64,000 nt of DNA, taken from Magallana gigas. Lineage: Eukaryota. Where the stretch lies: contig NC_088854.1 in the NCBI RefSeq assembly GCF_963853765.1, forward strand, positions 43,028,001 to 43,092,000. Direction: 5' to 3'. Shown piece by piece: positions 1-9,548 of the stretch. The notes beneath the pieces are model-generated. The model was not told the DNA's origin. It saw only the letters and a program-made list of their open reading frames with translations, and searched no databases. Position 1 is the stretch's first letter, and each line of letters starts with the position of its first letter. Made by a program: the position numbers and the translations under genes.

Positions 1-515
1 AAATTTATGTAAAAGCATCCTCAGGTAATGTAGTTTCAATCGTGTTCAAATCATGATCATCAGGGGTAGGGTGAGCCACAAAAGGGGATCCAATTTTACA
101 TAGGAAAAAAATTTAAACTATTCTAAAAAACTCATGTGTAAAAATATATGCAAGCTATATATGACATATTGTTGATTCTCAATTGTTTAGACTGTGGCCC
201 CTGGACAATTATTGGGCCCCACAAGGGTTGAAAGCCTGATGTAGGTAAATATATATATATCTATGAGCAATTGTTAAGATCATCTCTAGAACTGTGAAGC
301 TTAATATGTAATATAATGGCTATGAAATCATCCTGTTACAAAAAGGGCTTAATGCTTAACATTAGAATATCTGGAGAAAAATTTATTTTCACAAATCTAT
401 TCTACTACATACGTTGTCAATATATTTTGTATATGACTCCATAAAGCTCCATAAAGCTGATTTTATTATGGCTATTGTTCCTCAGGTGAGAGATGTGGTC
501 CATGGGCCTTTTGTT
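1..515 (+). mobile_element. 3' part of a Helentron-associated (HINE-like) non-autonomous element, truncated by the window start
   Basis: Shares blocks with the 3158-3875 copy (aagcatcctcaggtaatgtag...; ctcaggt...atgtg..ccatgggcct.ttgtt terminus). Confidence 0.6.
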
Positions 516-1143
516 AGTGCATTAATAACTGTACCCCTGGTAATTGGATATCTGTGATATGAACTTAGTTATTTCATTATTAAATGAAAGAAGACCATCT
601 ATTATCTAAATCTATTAGCTACCAAGGTTTTTCACCATGAACATTTGTAACATTATACAGCAGAAATTGTTTTCGAAGGTTAAATGCAAATTACATATAT
701 TTTGTAATGCATGGTTAAGACAAAGTTCAAGGGCCCTATAGATGGATGTACAGATTTTTTTACCTTATAGGTATTTCATAATAATTTAATAATGAACTTG
801 TTTTTTATGAGAGTGAAGTAGTGTAGTAATAAAGATTCGGGTTAGCATAGTACTGTTTTCTTGGTATCTTTTTATATTGTTTTTAAGATAATTGTTTTAT
901 CTGTAAGGGATTTAAATCTGCCTTAATGTATAATCTTTTTATATTTCCTTACAAGTAATCAAATTTTTATTGAAAACATCATTCTTAAAAAATGAGGGTT
1001 TCAAAACATCACTTAAATGAAAACTTAATAGAATTTAGTGTAAAACAAAACATTTATCATTCTTCATTTTCCATTTGCATTCATTGATAATGTTAATTGT
1101 GAGCATGAAATTTGAGATTCTGTTTTTGTTTAATTACATACAG

Positions 1144-3271
1144 CCTGTTCCTACAACATTACCTATACGAGACTTTGTGGAAATTAACACGGTAAGTCTA
1201 TAGACAGAATTTAAAATAGTCCTTAGATAACTGTTTTCGTCCTATTTGCATGAAATTACTTCACCATTACTTCACCATTGTTTTTCTGAAAGGAGAAATA
1301 AGCATATAAACTACTGTAAATTCCTAATTAAACGTGAGAATTAATATCCGCATAAATTTGCCATCTCTCAGATTTTAAAATCTTGCTGTTATTTTTCTGA
1401 CAGGTGTAAACTCAAGAAACTATGATAAAAATCTAGTGTTCGCGATTTCATATTCTTGCGATTTGATGCAGAATGGTTGAATCGCGGAATTAGTACTAGT
1501 GAAATATAAGGAATCTACAGTAACCTATCTTTGGGAAGGTTTGGGTGTTTATAGATGATATGCCACTTCTAGTACTACATATTGTTGCATTTATTCTGTA
1601 AGTTTCGTTTGACCTTTACAATTATCCTTTACAGTTATCACATTTAGTACTTGAATCTAAATGTTGGGGGAAGAAAAAAATCTTTAACAAATTTCAACTA
1701 TGTACATGAAATAGAGCTCATGTTTAGATCCAGAAATGTTTCCAGTTGGGGGGGGGGGGGGGGGGGGGGAGGTTGGGGTTGTGAGATAGTTTATAGTTGT
1801 GTTTGCTGGGGGGGGGGGGGGCTGACTACCCCCACCCACCCACCCCCTTCCCTGTTTTTATACCCCCGCTCCGAAGGAGAGGGGGTATACTGTTTTACCC
1901 TTGTGTGTCTGTCTGTCTGTCTGTCCGTCTGTCTGTCCGTCCGTAACAAAAATTTCTGTCGCATTTATCTCAGCAACTATTTATCCCAGATGCTTGAAAT
2001 TTTTACACAGTGTTTGTTAAGGCATGCCATATCGTGGGATATATTTTTGTACCAATCGGATGTCAACTTCCTGTTAAATGACGACTTTGCTTATTTTTTA
2101 ACTAAAATTTTCAAACAAATTTTCGTCAAAGATTTCTCAGCAACTATCTATCGCAGATGCTTGAAATTTTTACACAATATTTGTATAGGCATGCCGTATC
2201 GTGGGATATATTTTTGTACCAATCAGACATCAACTTCCTGTTAAATGACGACTTTGTTTATTTTTAGCCAAAATTTTCAAACAAATTTTTGTCAAAGAAT
2301 TCTCAGCAACTGTTTATCGCAGATGCTTGAAATTTTAACACACTATTTGTTTTGGCATGCCATATTGTGGGATATATTTTTGTACCAATCAGATGTCAAC
2401 TTCCTGTTAAATGACGACTTTGTTTATTTTTAGCAAAAATTTTCAAACAAATTTTTGTCAAAGAATTCTCAGCAACTGTTTATCGCAGATGCTTGAAATT
2501 TTTACACATTATTTGTTTAGGCATGCCATATTGTGGGATATATTTCTGTACCAATCGGATGCCAGCTTTCTGTTAAATGTCGACTTTGCTTATTTTGCAT
2601 ATTCACATCAGAGCGGGGGTATCACTAGTGAGCATTGGCTCACAGATATCTTGTTATTTATGTATGAGTTATGATATACAATAGAATGAATGTTTAGTAA
2701 TCACCACCAACAATTTGATTGCAGACAGAGGCTGTGATTCAGACAAGGATAAATATAAAATCAGAGAGCCTGCCTCAGGAGGTCAGTAAAGTAAGGTCAT
2801 TGAAATGTAGAATGTACTTTATTCATGGTGTCCAATACATGTCAATTTGAATGTAGCACACTTTATGGGGGCACTAGTATATATTCCTTATGTGTTATCT
2901 TACTTTATCATGCATCATCTGCTGTTCTCTTACTTACCTTGGTGTGTCTGTTTCACATTATTTCTTAATAGTACAGGTATATCGAGAGTGGATAAGTTCA
3001 ATTATCGTTTGAAATTTTCTAATATATTACAGCTTAATATTAGTTTCTTTGAATATTATGGATTTGTTGCATGCAATAAGTTAAATGTCCATCCTAAACA
3101 ATTATTTGAATGAGTTATATGACCTCTTTATCTAAAGTTTTCAGATATCTCTCAGGGTTTTTTTTAGCTCACCTGAGCCTTTGGCTTTTCTAATCAAAAT
3201 TTGTCTGTTGTCTGTCGTTGTCATCTTCGTTGTTGTTGATGAAAACTTTTCACAATTTCATCTTCTTCTCT

Positions 3272-3314
<43 letters not shown>

Positions 3315-5863
3315 ATTAGATGAAGGGCTTTTAAGTTAGTTCAAATGTAGGGCCAGGTTCCCTTTAAAGGAGAGATAATCTAGAATTATTGAACATTTGT
3401 TGGTATTTTTCTAAAATCATCTTCTCAAAAACCATCTGACCAGAAAAGCTGTAGCTTGTGTGGAAGCATCCTCAGGTAATGTAGATTCAAATTTGTTCAA
3501 ACCATGACCCCCAGGGGTAGAATGAGGCCACAATGGGGCAGAGGAGGGTGGGATTGTTGTTGAATTTTTACAATGAAAATAAATTTCATTATTCTCAAAA
3601 ACTTAAATGTTATAATATATGGTATTACATGTACTTATAAGCAAGCATGTTGACATTTGTTTGTTCTCAGTTTTTAGACTGTGGTCCTAGATAAGGTGTT
3701 GACGGTTTGATGTAGATTAATTTTTTATGAATAGTTCTTCTTGATCTAAATCTTCTTGAGTTCTTTTCAATCTATTTTACTACATTATCTAGATATTTTG
3801 TATATGACTCCATAAATCTGATTTTATCATGGCTGTTGGTGCTCAGGTCATTATGTGACCCATGGGCCTCTTGTTTATGGGTCCCAATGAGTTTGAGACT
3901 CAAGTGTGACTCATATGAATAAAAAACAAAACAAGTGTGTTTTGATCTGAACTAATCTGACCATGATGAAAGAATATAAAAATTAGTATCATTAGCATGC
4001 TGCTTTTCTCATTTCTTTGCTGAGATTCTACTCACAAATAGTATTTTTTTTTTTAAATTTCATCATACAGAACTCTCAGAAACAAAAAAATTAGTCATAG
4101 AAGTATAAATTTACAGAGACTAAAGCATTTAATTTAAAAAAAAACATATCAAGTTATAGTAGTTTATATCTATTATAGATCAAGTACCAGCCTCCACTAC
4201 AAAACCAGACAAGTATCAGATCTAACGATGAAAACCATTATCAGGTATTAAACGTCTATGTTGCATATAAAAGGTTATTTCCAAGACAGAAATCTTTTTT
4301 TGAAGAACTTTGTTGATATTAAACGTAATTTTACAGGACATTATGAGGAGACTGGTGAGCCGGTACATCCATCAATTTAAGAAGGACAGACAGCTGGACG
4401 GAGTGAATGAGGACGACCTGTTAGAGATCAAACAAGACATCTCAAGTCTCAGGTAATGTTAGTGATCAAACTGGACATCTCTAGTCTCTGGTAATGTTAG
4501 AGATCAGACAGGACATCTCTAGTCTCAGGTAATGTAAGAGATCAAACAGGACATCTCTAGTCTCTGATAATGTTAGAGATCAAACAGGACATCTCGAGTC
4601 TCTGGTAATAGAGATCAAACAGGACATATATAGTCTCTAGTAATATAGATCAAACAGGACATCTCTAGTCTCTGGTTATGTTAGAGATCAAACAGGACAT
4701 CTCTAGTCTCAGGTTATGTTAGAGATCAAACAGGACATCTCTAGTCTCAGGTAATGTTAGAGATCAAACAGGACATCTCTAGTCTCAGGAAATGTTAGAG
4801 ATCAAACAGGACATCTCTAGTCTCAGGTAATGTTAGAGATCAAACATGACATCTCTAGTCTCAGGTAATGTTCACGTCTCAGCTGTGAATGAGGATGGTT
4901 TATTAGAGATCAAATTGGACATCTCTAGTTTCAGGTACATGTAACGTTCATGTCTAAGGTATCCAACAGCACCTGTTTTTCCCATAGAAAAGGTGGACAA
5001 GAATGATTAAAAGAACTTTGAAAGTAAAGATATCATTATCGGTTAAATGTATGAAAATGTTTTATGGGTTGGTCATATTGTTAGAGCAATACTGAAAGTA
5101 TATATAGTGTTTCTCAATATTTAATCGAAAACTATCCTGGAGGGTTGAGATTTTACAGCTATTTTAGGTTAGAGTGTTTGACATGATGTCATCACTGGGA
5201 ATAGCTTGCGCAATTTTTCATCAGGGTCAGCTGCAATACAAAATCCCCATGGACATCACATTTTTTAGCCATGTATTGAAACCTGATAAGCTAAAAGGGG
5301 CATTTCAACGGAGAAATCTTTGAATTTTTTCATACTTTTGAATGAACATCATTTGAATCCTGGGTATTTGAAAATAATGAGTAATTCAACAAAACATGAA
5401 TTGGTGATATTTTTGGACAAAGTGTAGTCCAAGTTAATTTCTGGATATTCTCGCATGTTTAAAGTCCATTTTCTTTCTTTTATGGTGTTCTTTTTACTCT
5501 TATTTTTTCTGCAGATTTGAGTTAAGAGCCGACAGAAAAAGAGAATCTTGCCTAGCTGTCTCTCTATTGCAAAGTACGAAACAAGAAATCCTGTCCATCA
5601 TACAGGAGTTTAACAGGGCCAGCTACCCACAGCAAACAGTGGGGTATCAAGGTCATAGTCCCCAGAGTAATTCCCAGGTCAGAGGTCATATCAGTGACAG
5701 GGGTCATATGTTGTCTTCTAATGACCTTGAGCAGTTGAAAGAGGACATAATCAGTGGAATTTGTTCCAGGTTACAGGACAATTTACAGCCTTTTCAGGGA
5801 GTGGAAAGACTACCATCCATTGACTCAGATCTCTACACAACACATCTGTACACACAACTGTAA
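1144..5863 (+). CDS. TRPC: 3' exons of a TRPC-family (TRP-gamma/TRPC4/5-like) cation channel; 5' part lies before the window
   Basis: Phase-consistent GT-AG exons 1144-1191, 2725-2781, 4179-4244, 4337-4452 and 5515-5863 join to ...NHYQ|[39 protein letters not shown]|FELR.... This matches the TRPC C-terminal rib-helix/coiled-coil motif (YQ.VMR.LV.RY...[15 protein letters not shown]). The two small upstream exons are less certain. Confidence 0.85.
1855..2655 (+). mobile_element. Helentron-type non-autonomous element carrying ~4 copies of a 166-bp satellite
   Basis: 5' T-run plus subTIR ATACCCCCGCTC (1860-1871) with its inverted copy GAGCGGGGGTAT (2611-2622). (GTCT/GTCC)n microsatellite at ~1906-1942. 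166-bp period (2245 vs 2411). 3' hairpin GTGAGC-attg-GCTCAC (2628-2643) followed by CTTGTT. Confidence 0.8.
3158..3875 (+). mobile_element. HINE-like non-autonomous element in a TRPC intron
   Basis: Starts TTTTTAGCTCACCTGAGC and ends GCTCAGGT...CCATGGGCCTCTTGTT. Homologous to 1-515. Confidence 0.7.
4421..4940 (+). repeat. 38-bp minisatellite derived from the TRPC exon end plus its splice donor
   Basis: Unit TTAGAGATCAAACAGGACATCTCTAGTCTCAG|GTAATG. One copy is the true exon end (4421-4458). Eleven intronic copies follow (4459-4870), plus one longer degenerate copy (~4885-4940). Confidence 0.95.
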
Positions 5864-6190
5864 CTTACATAGGTTCATTTAATTTTGAATCATTTTGCAC
5901 ATTCATTGTATAACATTTCAGCAAAACAAGAGATTCAGAATGTTTTTGATAGTCTTTTTTTCACTCCATGTAAACTTGAATGTCAATCGAGACCAAATTT
6001 TTGAAAGAATTATATATTCAAATTTTTGTTGTTAGGGCCCATTAGCATCCTGTAGCATTGCTTTTAATGTTTTCAGAAGAGAAAGAATATCATTGAAATA
6101 CATAGAACTTGCTTTTTCATGCAAAGAGTATACTCCTATTGTATGTCTTTGTGTCCTAAGAAAATAAAATTGTTATCCTTAATTTTTAAT

Positions 6191-6286
6191 TTTGATTTGA
6201 TATTCATGATTACATGTAAAAGTTTGATTTGATATTCATGATTACATGTAAAAGTTTGATTTGATATTCATGATTACATGTAAAAG
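6191..6286 (+). repeat. 3 x 32-bp perfect tandem repeat downstream of the TRPC stop (probable 3' UTR)
   Basis: TTTGATTTGATATTCATGATTACATGTAAAAG repeated at 6191, 6223 and 6255. Confidence 0.9.
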
Positions 6287-7158
6287 TTTAAATTTAATGG
6301 TTATATAGTTATCATGTACTGTGGTAAAGCTGTGTGTGGACTGTTACAAACTAGCCACTCAGCTATGACTTTTATTTCAAATAGAGACATTTTGTGATAT
6401 TGTAGTTGTGATAAAGTACTTGTGATACTGTACCTATCATTCCTGGCTCCCACTAACTCCTGTACATTCCAGTGTCTGATGGGTTGTTTTTCTTTTTCCA
6501 ACTGTGAATTGATGTTTGAAGGACTAGAATTCAATTCAGTGGAAAAAATATCCATTTCCTTGTTTAAGTTTTATTTTTGGAAGCAATGTGTCACAATCAT
6601 GATTGACTGGTGAACTGTGCTAGAAGTGTGTTGAGAGGTGTCTAAATTTTAGTTTATATTTTATTATTGATGCTTTTTGTTTTCTATCTCATTAAGATTT
6701 TAACTGTGGTATTTTAAGTGTAGTTTTTATTGTTTTGTTAAAAATTGAATTCGTTTAAACTGTAGCAACAGTATAACACACTGTCTGATGCAGGTGATCA
6801 AACGGTCATCATTGGGCGACGGCGGTAACGTTAGAATATTGTCTGATACCTGAATGTCATCACTCATGCTTAAATCATGTGCCATATGTGATTGTAGTAC
6901 ATCAAGAACTGATACCATTTTGTTTGTAATTTATACAATAAAGATTTACAGAAATACAGAAATGTTATAAAATATGTATGTTTCGGTAATTAGAGTATCT
7001 GAAAGTACAAGTACATATTGAGACCTGATATATTTAAATTATTAAAAAAAGATAACATTTTTTTTATTAGTAATCATGAATAAATGAAATTAGAAATGAT
7101 TTACAATATTTAACCAAAACAATTTAATCAGACATTAAAACATTGTATTCAGTTGACA

Positions 7159-9400
7159 TCACCGGCCTCTCCACCTGTAAATGAAATGGACAAACATCAG
7201 AGATTAATTTTGATAAATCAGTCTAGTCCTTTAAAAATATATGTGTGTTTTGTACATTTATACTTGGAATAAAGAGACCTCAACATGTGAATACTTAAAG
7301 AGAAACGTGAATCGAACACTTTGGTAAACCGCTTAAACCCCAAGCGGAAGTCAAGCTGGGGGGGGGGGGTGGTCTGGACCCCTTCCCCCTCTCGGAAAAT
7401 TGAAATGTCTTTAACTAATATATAAAATAACCGGAAAAAAATCCCCCGATTCCACCCCAACCCCAAGCAAACTCAAATATCCATCGGAACCCCCCCCCCC
7501 CGGAAAAAAATTCTGGATCCGCACATGAACCCCCATTGTGGAAACAAATCTAGGCAAATTAAAATACTGCAGATAATAATCAAATCGTGTCTGTAGATTT
7601 TTGCCAACATTTGAAAATAATTAACCCGTTTTTGCCACCGACACATCCGTGTTCAATGCACATGACATCTCGATGTACGGTTTTTAGCTCACGATGCAAG
7701 CAAAAACCAAAGGCTAAAATTTCCAGGTGTAAAGTAATTTCATAGTTATAGCACGTAATATCAAGAGAACCTGGTATCCCTCGCCTTAATTTTGGCAGGA
7801 ACCTTTTACTTAAAATAAATATATTCTTATATGGATAAATAATTTTTGTTGTCAACCCCATCCTATACCTTCGAAGTTGATACATTTACATGTATTTTTA
7901 AAAAGCATATTGTTTCGGTCTGATCATATGTTAAAAAAAAAAGAGAAGAAAAAAAACTAAAACCGATTACTAGTGATCCTGATTTTTTAACTTGTATTTA
8001 CCTTCTTATGAAGAAGAGCTATGTATAAAGATATAGGAAAAAGATCAAATTTTAAATCAAAATATTTGGATTTTTTTCACTAGTATTACTTTATTGCCAA
8101 AATCATATTTTCATATGTCAAAGTTTAAGGTTGGTCATTTTGATAAATTTTTGACCACCCAGCCTCCTTAAAGTCATGCGATCTATAGATAAGGTTATGC
8201 CCAGCATTTTGTGGGATATCTTACCATATTTACTCTGGTTAGGAATAAAGTTCCGTATAATTTGAGAGTAGTTGTCTCTGTTAAGCCACAAAGCTTTAAA
8301 CCTCTTAGAATTGACATCACTGACGTAGTCAATGTAGCGCTCTCCTTCGTCTGTTTCGTTTACCGAAAGTTTGTACATCTGCAAGAGTCATAAATCAAAT
8401 AAAATTCAATAATCGTCGGCAGCAGCAACAATACACCTTACCTCTCAAAAAACAAGGAAGATCGAAAAAATTTGAAAATTGATACGAATCTGAAATTACC
8501 ATTGTTTCTTAAATTTGAAAGAAACAACGCCTAAAAAATACCTAGATTTCATAATCATAGGGGCTGTTGTGGTTGTACCTTGAAACCTATGGGACTGTGG
8601 TCCACGATATTGATGACGTCAACATCGTTGTCTACCCAGACCTCGATCCGACCTCTGTCAATGGAATACACCCTGTTCACCATGTGTAGCTTTAAGCCAT
8701 CGAAACCAGCATCATCTACAGAGAAAAGAACACACCGTTTCATTTTTTAATTTTAAATACATTTAATTTGCATACCAGTACGTATCAATGACAAAATATA
8801 CTTTAACGATAATAATGCAATGTCTCAAAATTTACAAACCAAATAAAAGTGTTGAAACATTTCGATCCAGAAGTTTGTGTTGTCGTAGATCCAGCTCAGA
8901 CACTCTCTTTCCATGGAAGGTGATTTTAATGGTTTTTGATTCGTTCCCCCGCATGCCGGATGCCACGAATCTGAAAGTGGAGGCGGGGCGATCACAGACG
9001 GTGACGATAGGGATCATGGAGGCCGGAGACAAGCCGTCGTCCGTACATGGGGTGTAGTCCCACAGACACTCGGTGAACACCCGGTAATGGGGCAACCTGC
9101 GCAAGCATCTCTTAATGGACCGAAATTTGGATAAAATGATGTATCCGGGGCCACAGGGACATTTTGATGTTTGGAAAAAGGGCACCGCGGTTACAAGTTC
9201 ATCTATATGTCGGGAAGAAAAAGAGAGAACAGGTATTTAAAAAAATGCATTGTATCATTTTGGTTATGACATTGATTATCTCATTATTATTATGAAGATA
9301 TACCTGTGAATTTCTTTAGAACCTCCTCTCCAATCAAACTCCATGCTAATCGCACGTCTGCAGTATGGAGACTGTCAAACACCCTTTCTGACATGAGCAT
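7159..9400 (-). CDS. Gene A: gasdermin/pejvakin-like protein, ~294 aa, 7 exons
   Basis: Exons 9400-9304, 9202-8840, 8715-8579, 8378-8225, 7713-7626, 7293-7264 and 7174-7159 are all GT-AG, phase-consistent and total 885 nt; polyA signal at ~7062. Protein MLMSERVFDSLHTADVRLAWSLIGEEVLKKFTDELVTAVPFFQ...RLPHYRVFTECLWDY...ITFHGKRVSELDL...VINIVDHSPIGFKMYKLSV...GIHMLRSLYSKWRGR. Motifs align without gaps to recalled GSDME segments RPKYQFLSLTLGDV, SSFGTLRKQEVDL and VLEIPAATTIAYGVIELYV. The last three exons are less certain. Confidence 0.7.
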
Positions 9401-9548
9401 GCTTATACATTTGTGTATTTCATTTCATAATGACGTCATAATATCATTCCTTGTGGCGTCACAACAATGAAAAAATGTTTTGATGCTATTAAAACGTCAC
9501 AATACTTATGACGTCATAATGTGCTGAAGTTGACAAGAAGAAGGAAAC
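9401..9548. promoter_or_regulatory. Putative bidirectional promoter with CRE/ATF-like palindromes
   Basis: Only 148 bp separate the divergent ATGs. Perfect ATGACGTCAT palindromes at 9430-9439 and 9508-9517; imperfect sites TGGCGTCA (~9453) and AAACGTCA (~9492). Confidence 0.6.

Noticed and set aside
1651-2674. Three similar tandem ORFs
   Set aside because: They are translations of poly-G tracts, the microsatellite and the 166-bp satellite monomers.
4459-4870. 38-bp repeats as a CRISPR array
   Set aside because: The units are head-to-tail with no unique spacers, the DNA is eukaryotic, and the unit is a copy of the adjacent exon end.
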